From Octopus sinensis (lineage: Eukaryota): a DNA stretch of 64,000 nucleotides. Shown here one piece after another: positions 39,209 to 52,315 of the stretch. The first letter of the stretch is position 1, and each line of letters opens with the position of its first letter. The stretch covers positions 23,498,001 to 23,562,000 of the forward strand of contig NC_043022.1 in the NCBI RefSeq assembly GCF_006345805.1. Reading direction: 5' to 3'. The notes under the pieces are model-generated. The model was not told the DNA's origin and searched no databases. It saw nothing but the letters and a program-made list of their open reading frames with translations. Both the position numbers and the translations under genes were made by a program.

Positions 39209-41509
39209 TGTGTGTGTGTGTGTGTGTGGGGGAGTGTGTTAAATGACCAGTCCATTTCTGTAGATTAGAAATCAGTATAGTTTAACTTCATTCACTTTTC
39301 GGAACTCGTCTTCCGAGTTCTGGTACGGTCGTATGCCATATTTCTAAGTCCCGCGCTGGACTAAAAAGACAATTAAATATACATAAATCAGACAGGACAT
39401 ACAGCACTATGTCTCGTAAGGTGAAACATATTTACACCGTTTTTAATGCAAATTTCAAACACCTTTCGGAACTCAAAAGCCACTTACGTGCTCATACGAG
39501 GTAAAAGCACACCTAAGAAACGGCCGAGCTTTGAATAGAAGCAGGCTACCCACCCCACGTGCTCTCTCTCTCTCTCTCTCACCATGTATATGTGTGTGCG
39601 CGCCTGTCCGTGTGTTTTCCTCCTCCCACTGTTTGACAACTGGTGTTAGTTTGTTTATGTCCCCCCGTAATTTAGATCGATAGAATTGGAGTCGGTTTGT
39701 TCGCTTGAAAAACAAAAAAAACCTGGGAGGAGGTGCAGTCAAATGACTGAAATAAAGTAAAAGTACGGAAGGAGGGGAGGAAACAAACAGCAAATAGGAG
39801 GAGGAGGAGGGGGGGAGAAGTGGATAGAAAATAATGGGAAGAAAGTAAACAATGAAACAAGTAAAAAAGTGAAAAGGCCAGAAGAAACAGTAGATAGAAT
39901 GGGGAGGAGGAAGAAGAGGAGGAGGAAAAAGAATTAATAATAATTTTAACAGGAGTAGGAGGAACGTGAGGAAATATGGAAGGAGGAGGGTAAATAAAGG
40001 GAGGATAAGGAAAGGCAGAGTAGGAGGAGATATAAAGGGAATGCCAGGGGGGGGGGAGAAGAGAGCAGTTGGAAATGGAGGAAGAGGAGAAAGAAGAATA
40101 ACGAGAGAGGAGAGTAAAAGGCGCGTGGAGAAAAAGTTGTAGTAGTAGAAGAAGAAAGAGTAGAAGAAAACAAGTTATTAGAGTAGTGGTAGTTGTAATA
40201 GAACAAGAAGACGAAGAAGAAACGTGCAATTGCTGCACCTCTTCCACCTTTATATCAACGTCCGCTGTCGCTGTTACTACTACTAGTTTCACAAGTGTCT
40301 CTTTGCCCTACCCACGCACTTTGACACCACCACCACCACCACCACTACCATCACAACTGTCTCTGCTAATACTTTTTTGTCAGTTATTCCACTCAGATCG
40401 CAGAATCTAGCTACAACAACAACAACACTGACAATCACAGATGACCAACACCACTCTCAGTGTGGTACCCACCACCACTGACGACTACCAGTATACCCAC
40501 CACTACCTACAACAGCTACTCCTACTATTTCGACGCAGATTTGTTCCAATCCGTCACCACTGTGTCACCGTTCGTCACCACTACCAACATCTAACACCAC
40601 CACCAACAACAACAACAACAACAACTACACGTGCAAACAAAAATTTACACGTGGTCGCTCGATCTGTTAAATATAACAGCTAAATTCCCATTAGCTTACA
40701 TTTTAAGATAAAAACAGATACGTTGGATTATTATACAAGACGGGTTTATTTTGCGTGATATGATCACAGCTGGAATGTCTTCGATGATACGTCTGCTCGA
40801 CCTAGGCTGACCTGGGGCAAAACAAAGAACAACAACGTCAATAATACTACGTATCCAGCCACCTCTACTGCCAATAGCACCACTACCACTACCACTAATA
40901 ATACTGACAACAATTACAACATTAGTGTTATACAACATCAAAAATAACTTTCAACATCAACAAAGGCAAATAGCATTAACATCAACTGTTGCCACTGTAC
41001 ACAGGGAAGGTGTTGTTCCCGCCACCGCCGATGCAAAAACGAAGACCACCACCACTACCACCAGCGCTACCACTCTTAGAACCATCATCTCTACTACACT
41101 ATTGCAGTACCAACATTTCAACTGCCTAATACTGCGTCTCGATCCAATTTCCTGTCAATCTCCAACACGCCACTGCTACCACCACCGCCATCACCACCAC
41201 ACCACCACCACCACTCCTCCTCCCCTCCTCCGAACCGTCTTCGCAGCAATATAGGCCCCTGGACAAATCAATGCACTGGATCCTATATTTATTATTTACC
41301 GAAAGCAAACTACGTCATACATAGATAAGTATTGGGGGGACTAGGCCTGTGAGGGCCCTGGGCAACTGCCCAGTGTGCCCATGCCTTAAGACACTACTAC
41401 TACCCGGATCACATGGACCACCTGATGGACACGGCAGGATGATGTATTGAGTCCCAGCACAGTAAACTCGGCATGCCGAAAATCTCAATCTCCTGCCGGC
41501 TTCACTACG

Positions 41510-41523
41510 GTTTCTATGGAAAC
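41510..41523. promoter_or_regulatory. Palindromic RFX X-box-like site within a CpG-rich unique patch (~41400-41650)
   Basis: GTTTCTATGGAAAC matches the GTTNCYATGGNAAC consensus; TGAGTCA (41612) and ACTTCCGG (41618) lie nearby. Confidence 0.4.
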
Positions 41524-41595
41524 AGAGAGGGGCCGCATCCAGCGAGACGCGTCGGCAGCGTTTCGGAGGGTCACTCGACCGTGGAGACAGCGCGG

Positions 41596-41643
41596 ATGGC
41601 GACGACAGCTGTGAGTCACTTCCGGGGACAAACCACAACACAG
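41596..41643 (+). CDS. Candidate coding exon (MATTAVSHFRGQTTTQ) ending at a phase-0 donor
   Basis: cggATGGcg start and CAG|GTTAGT donor; the frame is open from 41473. Confidence 0.3.
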
Positions 41644-41719
41644 GTTAGTTTCATTACTTTTCGAAGATTCCTACAGTATAGACTTTCAATCTAGTCTAGA
41701 TTACAGTACACTGATGTAG

Positions 41720-41751
<32 letters not shown>

Positions 41752-41812
41752 TGTATGTATGTATGTATGTATGCATGCATGCACACACACACACATACAC
41801 AGATACATAGGG

Positions 41813-42160
41813 ACAGGCGTATTTGTGTGGTAAGAAGTTTGCTTCGCAGCCACACGCTTCGGGTTCAGTCCCACCTTGTCCAAATGTGTTCTACTAAGGC
41901 CCCGGAACGACCAAAGCCTTGTAAATGGAGTTGGTTGACGGAAGTTGAAAGAAGACCGTTGTGTGAGTGTGTTTATCCTTCACCACCGTGTTTGACCAGT
42001 GTCCCTTTGATTACGTTCTCTTAACTTAGCGGTTCGGCAAAAAGGCGGATAGGATAAGTACCAGGCTTTAGAAAATAAGTAGTGGGGTCAATTCATTCGA
42101 CTAAAACCCTTCAAGACAGTACCCAGCATGTCCACAGTCCCAAGAAGGAAACAAAAAACA
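41813..42160 (+). mobile_element. CORE-type SINE, degenerate
   Basis: Homolog of 5969. Confidence 0.75.
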
Positions 42161-42843
42161 GATATGTATGTATGTATGTATGTTGTACAGTTTTATTTCA
42201 AGATTTCTTGCCAATGGAGAAAGGGGCTCCTTCATTGGAATTTCAGCATAAAAAAAAGGGTATTTTTGTTTGTATGTATGAATATGTGCACATTTGTATA
42301 TTTTGCTTTATGTATTCTCATGTATCATAGTTGCATATCTAGACATGCTCGTGTATGTATGCATGTATGTATGCATGCTTGTATGTATGTATGTATGTAT
42401 ACACACTCAGATACCACTGTATACATACAAACATCACACACACACACACACACAAGCACATAGATACATATATATGACTGTCTTTCATTGTGTGTATAGA
42501 AAACGGTGGATAGAAATAACAGCTGAACTACACTGTAAACCAGAACCTTTAATTCATGAATCTGAACGATACTACAGTATATAGGGACACAGTAGACGAG
42601 ACATGGTGTTTCGCTAAAACTAAATATATGACACCAGACATATATGACTTCAGACAATTTTTTTCTCACCTTACGAGAGTTTACTTGGCGTCATTCTTTA
42701 TAAGTATAAAGCATAGGCGATCTTTTTACATGGTAAACTGTGGTTTTGCGTGTAATAGTAAGGTAATTATTTACTTTTCACTTTGTTACCTTTCAATTTA
42801 CGTACATAAAACAGAAGATCACTACGCACACGCGTACACATCT

Positions 42844-42882
42844 GTGTCGAAATCGCTATGATATTCAGACGACGGCTGATGA
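42844..42882 (+). ncRNA. 3' half of the permuted K-turn hammerhead motif
   Basis: GUGUC-GAAA-UCGC-UAU-GA-UAUUCAG-ACGACGG-CUGAUGA; 23 nt between GAAA and CUGA versus 24 in full copies; 5' half not found. Confidence 0.4.
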
Positions 42883-43547
42883 AGGGATTTTACATGTTTG
42901 CCCTCATTTGGTGGTGGTGGTGCTGGTGGGGAGTAGTTGAGGAATGGTGGGATCTATTTCTGTTTATTGTTTTCGCTTCTGTTCATTTCTATCTTGTCCT
43001 AATGTGAAGATTTGTTCAACTCTCTCACACACACACACACAATTAATGACATAGTTTCGAGTAATAGGTCGTACACTTGGTCTTTATCACGGTTGATGTT
43101 CTTTTACCTCTACAAGGGTAGGATGGGAGAAGAGTAGTATATACAGTACAGGTTATATTAGTGTCTAAGGCACCGTATAGATTATAGTACATTGTATACA
43201 ATACGTTGTCTGCAGTATAATATGTATTACAGAATGATTTCTGTACAGTGTTTACACTATTGAAGTATCTTTATTGTGTACTGTACTGTATGTACCAACG
43301 TTGATGTAAGCTTTCTGTTTACTGTAAATATATATGTTTACTTTTATTCATCGTTTATTGATAACAATAATGTGTCATTAGAAACACATTTACTATGATT
43401 ATTTCGACGTTTACAGCCACATATTCACTGCACTGTTTAGTACAAATTTATTTCACTCTCTACAACTACATGTTTATTGTACTAATTACCACATCATGTG
43501 TATTGCGCCGTTTACAACTAAATATTTACTGTGTTTCTTTTATATTT

Positions 43548-43900
43548 CACTTGTTCCAGTCGTTGGACTGTGGCCCTTGGACACCGCCTTGGGGGATTTT
43601 TTTGTCGAATGAACCGATCCCAGTACTTATAGTTTTTGAGGCCTGGTACTTGTTTTATCGGTGTCTTTTGCCGAACCGCTTACTTACGGGGACGTGAATA
43701 CACCAGCACCGGTTGACAGAGACAGAAACGCACACAAACATACATGTGTACGCACATTTATATATACGACTGGCTTCTTTCAGTTTCCGGCTTTGGTCAG
43801 CCTAAAGCTTTAGTAGGAGACACTTGTCCAAGGTGCTACGCAGTAGGTCTGAACCCGGAGCCATGTGGTTAGGAGGCAAGTTCCTTACCACACAGCCACT
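43548..43900 (-). mobile_element. CORE-type SINE
   Basis: Reverse complement of the 5969 family. Confidence 0.78.
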
Positions 43901-46084
43901 GTTCACTGATTTATACACTGTTTATAACTACATGTTAACAACTGTATTGTTTACTACATGTACTTAGCACAGTTTACAACAATATGCCAATTGTACTACA
44001 ACATATTTACTACAGCATGTCTACTTATATAGTAAAGAGGTTTGGTTTATATTTCCAGTAGGAACTATAATTTTTGCAATTCTGCTTGCATTATTTTATT
44101 ACTTTGACTATGATGTGTTTTGCTGATGTGTTGTCGTTCATGCTACTTTTCTATCATGAGATAGTAAAAGGTTTGCTTGTTTTTGCTGTTGTTGTTATTG
44201 TTTTATTTCAATTTATCATGTGATATTAACTCTTCTTTATTAGCAATTATGTTGTTTTTGGTTAAAAGTAGAGTGTAAAAAAATTGTAACACGTTAAACG
44301 TAAAAATCTTAGACATGCAAAAACAGAAACTGTAAAACACGTTAAAATATTTTTATGTGCCAGATAAAACACAAAAATATACGCAAAAAAGAGAAACTAT
44401 AAAACGCAAAATTACCAGGCATGCCAAACACGTAAGAACTTCAGACAGAAAAAAAAAACTAAAAAAACTAGACGCATCGCTTGTAAACACTTCAGTCACT
44501 TAAAAAGTGTAGAAAACTTGAAGCCATTTGATTCGATACCTCGTTCAGTAAAATACAAGTATATATAGCAAAACATTTCAGTTGCTTATAAGATAGATAT
44601 TTTTTATAGAATTATAAATATCAAAAGATGCCCCATAATGGCCGCAGTTCAAAGACTGAAACAAGTTAAGGATCAAGGATAAAATTTTTCTGATAGAAGT
44701 GATATCAAGTTTAGGTTATGCTCATAGACATAATTTTTCAACATTCATCAATGCTCAAAATCCCAAACAACCTCCTGCGTCTAATAGACCCGACTCATTT
44801 AACTGTCTTAATCTTGTAGATTGCTGATGTTAAATAATTTATGTTCGAAATTGGTAGTTTTTTGGGCAGAAGTATTTACAGTGGAAAATCCAGTGATAAA
44901 AAATTATATTGGGGTAACTGAAAATAAATTTTAAGGACGATTTAATCACTATCTACATCATCATCATCATCATTTAACGTCTATTTTCGACGCTAGCATG
45001 GGTTGGACGGCTTGACAGGAACTGGCAAGACCAGGGGTAGCATCAGGTTCTATAGTCTGTTTTGGCTTGGTTTCTACGACTCGATGCCCTTCCTAACGCC
45101 AACTATTTTACAGAGTGTACTGGGTGCTTTTTATGTGACACCATCATCAGTGTTTTTTACGTGATACCATCATCAGTGCTTTTTATGTGGCACCAGCACC
45201 TTTTCAGAAGATCTTTTCAACAAAAGTTTATCAGAATATATCACGACTATAAAATCTTTCGGAATATACCATTACAATATGCCAAATTTTATAGACAAAG
45301 TTTGTGATCTTTGCCTCAGAAAGAATGACTATTCTGTTTTATAAAGTTTCACCGTAATCAAATGTTCGAAATCGAAATCTTTTTGTCCTCACATATTAAC
45401 ACAATTGTCTTAATATTTGACGAAAAAAACCTTGGACTATCTAACAACTGAAAATCATATTGATGCGTGACAATCATTCACGCTCTAAAAATGTCAAAAT
45501 ATTTTTTCGGTTACCGTAACTATATAAATACATCTTTTTTTTTTTTGCTACTAAATGGCAAAAAAGGCAAGCGAACGAATGATTGATGGACTTATATAAA
45601 AATATTTCGACTACATCAAATAGTTTTATATAGTTAATGAGTTCACTCAATGGCTTTTGTAATTTATACGGTGTATAAGCACAAAATTGACTCATTTATT
45701 AAACTAATTGATGGAAAATCGGTAAAACATGAAACTAAATATCGCATTCCATGTAATTTCAGCTTTAATTAGCCTTTCTGTTTTTATATTGACTGATTTT
45801 TCTTTTTACATCTCTGGAGTTTTTGCCCAGTTATGCAGTTACCTTAAATAACACCCATCCCCCATCCACACATGCATCCTGTTATGTGATGAGATGGATG
45901 TGTCGTATGTGCCTACGAAACTTTATTATATTGAGCTGGATCAAACTGTTATCAAATATGTGTGTGTGTAATATATGTAGATATGTAATGTGTATGTGTG
46001 TGTGTGTGTGTACACATATACATACATACACGCATATATAAGAAAAGAGACGCCACATGAATGAGCGATTATCTTCATGTTTGA

Positions 46085-46165
46085 GGCTCTGATGAAACTG
46101 TAAGGTGTTACTCAGGCACTCAACTATGAGTCCACCGCACCTTATAGTGGAAACAGCTATAAGCT
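46085..46165 (+). ncRNA. Type I hammerhead motif with long stem II
   Basis: GGCU-CUGAUGA-A-ACUGUAAGGUG...CACCUUAUAGU-G-GAAA-CAGCUA-UA-AGCU; the flanks CGAUUAUCUU/AAGAUAAUCG extend stem I. Confidence 0.7.
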
Positions 46166-46334
46166 AAGGAAGTTCATAAGATAATCGTTTAATCCTTTGT
46201 CATATATTTTCCTACTTTCCTTTTGTACCCGACTAACGCTTCGTTCAGGAGCATACGTATATTGAATTCTATACCAGCAATGCCTTGACAAAATATTAAA
46301 ACACGCGCACACACACACACACACTCACACATTA

Positions 46335-47289
46335 GGGTATCCCGTTTTCAGGGTCAAAACTTTTTATGACTATACCATTGTCTTGTGTAGTGCCAGTGGA
46401 TGGGAAAATGAGGTATACAAAGTGACAAGGGCTCTAAAACAATTTTTGTGACAACACAAGTCTCCTGAAGTTGAAAAAATGCGTTTTTCTCTTGGTCATT
46501 TTTATTGTGCTTGTGTAGAATTAAATCGAAAGGTATCTGTTTAATGTTTGTTTCATAAGTCTCATGCGGATCTAAATTATGCTAGAAAATTATGGTGCAA
46601 GTGTAAAACTAATTTCTAATGACTTTATAACAAGCTAAAAGTTATACGGTTGACTAAAATTTTAAAATCTGATAATCACATCTACATGAATAGGAAAGAA
46701 CAGGGGAACCCTCCACATGAACAAAAGGGTAAAGAGCCTGAACTGCAGCCTCCTGGGGGATTTGGAACGGCAGCTGATTGTATTTCAAATATTTCAGCAG
46801 GGTTTCCCATGCTTAAGTGCTAAGTGAACAATGAACATTTAGTCATAATATTTCCTGCTAAAAATCAGCTGAATAGGTATGTACTGAGGATTCTTTTTAT
46901 AGTACAACTTGTATTATATACTTTAAAAGTATATTTAAACATGTATCTTGGAAGGCTGTTATTGATTTACAATTAAAGAAGTTTTGCCATGTTAAATTGA
47001 GCTTGCCATAAAATCATCAAAAATAAATTATGCACTTGCACCATAATTTTCTAGCATAATTTAGATCCACATGAGACAGATACTTTTCAACCTGACACTA
47101 CACATGCACGATAAATATGACCATTTTTTACCCCATCCTCCCCCCAAAAACCTCATATTTTCAACTTGTGTAGTCACAAAAATTGTTTTAGAGCTCTGTC
47201 ACTTTGTATACCTCATTTTTTCATCCACTGGCACCACACAAGACAATAATGCAGTCAGAAACAATTTTGGCCCTGGAAACGGGTCACCC
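46335..47289. mobile_element. Non-autonomous DNA transposon with long (~270-bp, imperfect) TIRs
   Basis: TA|GGGTATCCCGTTTTCAGGGTCAAAA ... TTTTGGCCCTGGAAACGGGTCACCC|TA; inverted match continues to ~46605/47032. Confidence 0.85.
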
Positions 47290-47296
47290 TAATATA

Positions 47297-47342
<46 letters not shown>

Positions 47343-47504
47343 CCTCTGACAGAACCAGGAAAAAACACCAAATAACGCCAACTTGAAATATGTATCCTCT
47401 GACCAAGTGGCAAACCAAACAAGTAACTCTTTTTTACTGACATACCTGGAAAATATGAAGGCCGACCTAAGCCAGGAGATCCAGCGAGCCATCACCAACC
47501 ATCT

Positions 47505-48845
47505 ATGCAAATCACAAGGACCACTCACCCATTACCAACTTCCCTTACCTCGACATTCCTGTTAAATGTACGTGGCATCAACCCATCAATTATTGCCCAA
47601 AAATGGAAGATCCCATATATAGAGAGTTGGCTTGCCGAAATGGCACATTGCTTCCCTTTCTTTATCCTTACCGAGACTCACCTGAACAACACCCATATGG
47701 ACGCAGAGGTGAAAATAAAAGATTTCACCATTGTTCGTGCGGATCGCACAGACCGAAATAAGGGAGGGACAGCCATCTTTATCCATGACTCCTTTTCACT
47801 TGATGCCAAGGACACATTTTCCAATGGCTACTGTGAATCGGTATCAGTATACAACAAAGCCAAGGACATAACCATTGTTGGTCTTTACAGGCCTCCCCAG
47901 GCACCTCTAAAGTACTTTGAAGAGTGCCTTAGCAAAGTCAAGTCCTTCCTTCGGAAGTACCACTCCGGAAACATAATAGTGATGGGTGATTTTAACCTCC
48001 CTCATGTGAACTGGCCCACAAATACTCCGAAGTTAGGCAAGTGCTCTACATCAGATAGGGCAGCAGCAGAACTGCTCTTTAATCTGATGGATGAGTATTT
48101 CCTGACTCAGCTAGTGCTTGAACCAACGAGACAGAATAAAACGATCTTGGATCTGGTACTGACCAATCACTCTAGCTACGTTCACAGCATTTCAGTCGAA
48201 AAAACTCTCCTCTCAGACCATGACATGGTACTCTGCAATCTTAATTCCCGACGTATAAAAACCAAACCAGCCAATCCCACTCCATGGCACCCATTTGACA
48301 ACATAAATTTCCACAAAGCGGACTGGGGAACAATCAGAAAGGATCTGTCTTCCATCGACTGGTCTTTTACTCTAAATTCCCCTCATATTGAGACCGCGTG
48401 GCAGCACTTTGAAACCATTGTCACCGACACATGCTCTAAACACGCTCCCAAGAAATCTACTAACACAAACAGAAACCGGCTCCCTAAAAAGAAAAAAACA
48501 CTCATTAGGCGCATCAAAAGACTCAACAAAAAAATCAACCAATTAAAATATTCCCACACGCAACATCCACCTTCAACAACAATGAAAAGACTAGAGCTGG
48601 AAAAACTTCATCTGCAGACTAACATGAAAACCTCCATTGAAAATCAAAGAGCTGTGGAGGAACAATGGGTAATCAAAAACATCAAACAGAACCCAAAAGT
48701 GTTCTATTCTTATGCAAATAAGCATAGAACCACTGTCTCACCTATTGGGCCATTGATTGATGAAAACGGCATTCCCCAACACGATGCTAAAGAAATGGCA
48801 GAAATACTGCAGAAACAATATTGCTGTCTTCAGTGTTCCCACTGA
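47505..48845 (+). CDS. LINE ORF2 N-terminal part: apurinic-like endonuclease
   Basis: LNVRG, LTETHL, GGTAIF, YRPP, GDFN, PTR..ILDL, SDH motifs. Confidence 0.92.
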   Translation: MQITRTTHPLPTSLTSTFLLNVRGINPSIIAQKWKIPYIESWLAEMAHCFPFFILTETHLNNTHMDAEVKIKDFTIVRADRTDRNKGGTAIFIHDSFSLDAKDTFSNGYCESVSVYNKAKDITIVGLYRPPQAPLKYFEECLSKVKSFLRKYHSGNIIVMGDFNLPHVNWPTNTPKLGKCSTSDRAAAELLFNLMDEYFLTQLVLEPTRQNKTILDLVLTNHSSYVHSISVEKTLLSDHDMVLCNLNSRRIKTKPANPTPWHPFDNINFHKADWGTIRKDLSSIDWSFTLNSPHIETAWQHFETIVTDTCSKHAPKKSTNTNRNRLPKKKKTLIRRIKRLNKKINQLKYSHTQHPPSTTMKRLELEKLHLQTNMKTSIENQRAVEEQWVIKNIKQNPKVFYSYANKHRTTVSPIGPLIDENGIPQHDAKEMAEILQKQYCCLQCSH

Positions 48846-50511
48846 TATTGATCTGAGGGAAACGAACGAAGCTGACTCCCAACACAAAATCGCAGACATA
48901 ACCTTCACTGCCACCGACATCGTAGCAGCAATAAATGAGGTCAAACATTACTTTGCTGTAGGCCCTGATAGATTTCCCGCCAGTCTCCTGAAGGAATGTA
49001 GATATCAACTTGCAGTCCCTCTGACCAACCTCTGGAGAAACTCGCTAGACGCAGGTTATATTCCGAAAAAGTTTCTATCCCAGTCGGTCATCCCGGTTTT
49101 CAAACAGGGAAACAGATCCCTCGCAGTCAATTATCGCCCAATCTCACTCACCTCCAACATCATTAAAGTGTTTGAAAGAGTGTTAAGATCAAGGATAGCT
49201 GACTTCCTGGAGACCCACAAACTCCTAAATTCAAATCAGCATGGCTTTCGCTGTGGCAGGGACTGTCTAACACAGCTCTTACACCACATTGAAGATGTAC
49301 TCAAAGCCTTGGGAACAGGTTCGAACTCTGACGTCATATACCTTGACTTCAGTAAAGCGTTCGACAGGGTAGACCATAACATCCTACTCTCAAAATTGGC
49401 AAATGTTGGAATCCGTGGAAAAGTTCTACACTGGATTCAGTATTTCCTAGCGAATAGAACACAACATGTTGTAGTTGATGGAGTCCACTCAAACCCAGCA
49501 AAAGTCACCAGCGGTGTTCCCCAGGGAACTGTTTTGGGTCCGCTACTCTTCATAATTTATGTAAACGACCTTTCCAGTGTCGTACATCACTGCAAAGTGA
49601 AAATATTCGCTGATGACACTAAGCTCCAGCAAATCGTCAATGAAGAAGCAGACCGAACTCAACTCCAGTCTGACCTATATGCTGTGAGTCAATGGGCAGA
49701 CAGAAACAAAATGCAACTGAATGAGGGAAAATTTGAGCTGATGCATTTTGGAAGAAATTCCTCACTAAAACAACCATACTCTCTTCCTTCAGGGGAACCG
49801 CTCACAGCCTCTAACAATATCAGAGACCTGGGTGTAATTGTTGATGACGATCTCAGTTGGAGTGCACACATCAACAAGAAGGTCGATACAGCTCGTAGGA
49901 TGAGTTCCTGGATCCTAAGAACTTTCCGGTCCAGAGAACAAGGTGTCATCATACCACTTTTTTCATCCTTTGTACGGCCACACCTTGAATACTGCTGCCC
50001 ACTGTGGTCTCCTCACACAAGACAAAACATCTCCAGAATTGAGTCACCCCAGAGGGCTCTCACTAAACAAATTGAAGGCATGGCTGCTCTCGACTATTGG
50101 GATCGCCTTAAAGCCTTGAAACTTTACTCCCTCCAGCGTCGCCGTGAGCGGTACATCATTTGTACGATGTGGAAAATATACCGCCAACTTTGCCCAAACG
50201 ACCTAAACATTAGCTTCAAGGTTCATCCGAGACTTGGACCACGGGCTATACGTCCCCTGCCAAATTCAAGATCACAACATACATGTACATTGCAACATAA
50301 TTTCTTTTCTTCAACAGGCCCTGTCCTATTTAACATTGTCCCGAGGGAGATCAAAGAGGAAAAGGATCCCATCAACTTCAAACAGAGTCTGGATAGATTC
50401 CTTCAAAGAATACCAGATAAGCCACCCATAATTGGATACAACTCACCCAACAAGAACTCACTACTTGAACAAAACTGGATACAACTCACCCAACAAGAAC
50501 TCACTACTTGA
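48825..50511 (+). CDS. LINE ORF2 C-terminal part: reverse transcriptase (after a frameshift at ~48825)
   Basis: GPD, NYRPISLTS, QHGFR, YLDFSKAFDRVDH, GVPQGTVLGPLLF, FADD, RDLGV, RPHLEY motifs. Confidence 0.95.
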
Positions 50512-50714
50512 ACAAAACTTGACTTAAACAGGATTCGAATAATCCTATCAGGTGGTGCTACTAAGTTAGACATGGCCTGGACCAATCTCTGGTCGAAACA
50601 TATCTAAGTTTTATCTAAGTTTTATATATAGTTAATCCAAACATGAAAACACAACAACGCGTGGACGTGGAACAAATATAGTATTATTGGACGCTCAGGA
50701 AGGAAGGGAAGGAG

Positions 50715-50750
50715 GTTTTAACGTTTCGAGCGGAGCTCTTCGTCAGAAAC
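50715..50750 (-). ncRNA. Minimal type I hammerhead motif in Penelope-like repeat 50629-50825
   Basis: GUUU-CUGACGA-A-GAGC-UCC-GCUC-GAAA-CG-UU-AAAAC; core intact; AACGUU palindrome. Confidence 0.78.
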
Positions 50751-51043
50751 ATAGGAAAAGGAAAGATCCAGAGAAGGGAAGACGGAGGAAAAAAATCGCC
50801 AACGGTACACACGCGGTCACATTTTAGACAGAAAGAGAGAAGGTAACAAACTGAGGAAAAGAAATCCTTCAAAGGGGTGTGATAAACATCCAATTCACTG
50901 GTACTTCAATAATACAGTTTTGATAATTGTTTATATAATATTATGTTATGTTGTATATTAAATTCATAGTATTTAATGTAATATTGTAATATAAATAGAT
51001 TATTAGATGTCAATAGAATATCACTATATTTAATTTGTCTTCA

Positions 51044-51074
51044 GTTTCGAGCCGGTTTGCTCATCTTCAGTTGC
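51044..51074 (-). ncRNA. Partial hammerhead core (no recognisable cleavage strand)
   Basis: GCAA-CUGAAGA-U-GAGC-AAACCG-GCUC-GAAAC. Confidence 0.4.
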
Positions 51075-51403
51075 GAACACCTGGTCGCCAGCGTGATAAC
51101 CAGGGTCCGCTCTATATATTGTAAACAGAGCAACCATTGGTCACTGATTTGCAACAAGCAAAATAGCTAGTTCTAAAATCTCAAGAAGAGATCAGAGCAG
51201 TGACTATACTAACTTTACTTGTTAGTATAGAGACTACTCTGACCTCGAGATTTTACAACTAGCTATTTAGCTTTATATATATATATTTCGTAGATGTACT
51301 TACCAGACATGTGATTTGATCTGAGACCTTGTTTTAGAGCTAAAACAATTACAGCGTGGAAGACACATATAAGCCATTCAAAAATTGCCTCTTTCACCTC
51401 TTT

Positions 51404-51423
51404 TGCTGCTGCTGCTGCAACTA

Positions 51424-51514
<91 letters not shown>

Positions 51515-51530
51515 GGCTGTTGCTGCTGTT
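51404..51530. repeat. Compound (CTG)n/(CTA)n microsatellite
   Basis: Directly visible. Confidence 0.95.
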
Positions 51531-51790
51531 TCTGATACAGCTTCTGCCATCCCTTTCCTATTGTCTCTATTCTGTGGTCATGGTCTGATAGCTTCTCTTC
51601 TTTGAGGTCATTAATTTCTGACTTGTACTTATACAATGCCAAAGGAGACCGTATTGAAAGAAAGAGAGGGTAAAGGAATTATGACCAAATACTGAGTTAA
51701 CTGACCAGCACCAGGTCAACAAAAAAAGACTGACCTATATAGATAAAAAAAATTATATTTTTATATTTATAACTCTGAAACCTATATATA

Positions 51791-52162
51791 TCTCTCTATA
51801 TATAAACGGCAGTTTGTCTGTGCGTGTTTCTGTGTGTCTGTTTGCTTGTACCCTCACCCTGACCACAGCTTTCAACCGATTCTGATGAAACTTGACACAC
51901 ACATAGCCCAATGTCATAATTCAAAACTAACGCAGCGAAAATTTTGAAAAGTTCCCCCAGTTCTGAAAAAAATCGATAAATTCGACATGGGGTCGAGAAT
52001 CAGAAACACAAACCACAAACTGTCTAGGGGACGCAACTCCACCTTTTTTAACTAAAAAAAAAATTTACCATCATTTTTTACATTTTTAGGGCTATAACTC
52101 TCTAAAAATGCTTTATAGTTATTTCCCTTACAAACCTGAGCAACGCCGGGTGATACTGCTAG
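51791..52162 (+). mobile_element. Non-autonomous Helitron
   Basis: A|TC 5' end, subterminal hairpin CCTGAGC-AAC-GCCGGG, 3' CTAG|T, no TSD. Confidence 0.8.
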
Positions 52163-52165
52163 TAT

Positions 52166-52231
<66 letters not shown>

Positions 52232-52315
52232 CGAACTTAGTTTCAAAAAGTAAACAGAAGCATGACAAAAGAACAAACGGAAAATACACACACAAGATAT
52301 GGACGTGCTCATTCC

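Larger units (their letters stand above)
47339..50622 (+). mobile_element. CR1-group LINE, 5'-truncated in ORF1, ORF2 nearly intact
   Basis: APE endonuclease plus RT ORFs; tail (ATCTAAGTTTT)2; (TA)n on both sides. Confidence 0.95.

Noticed and set aside
35940-41250. Low-complexity ORFs (poly-T/H/E/S)
   Set aside because: Degenerate trinucleotide repeats with no domain motifs or clear splice structure.
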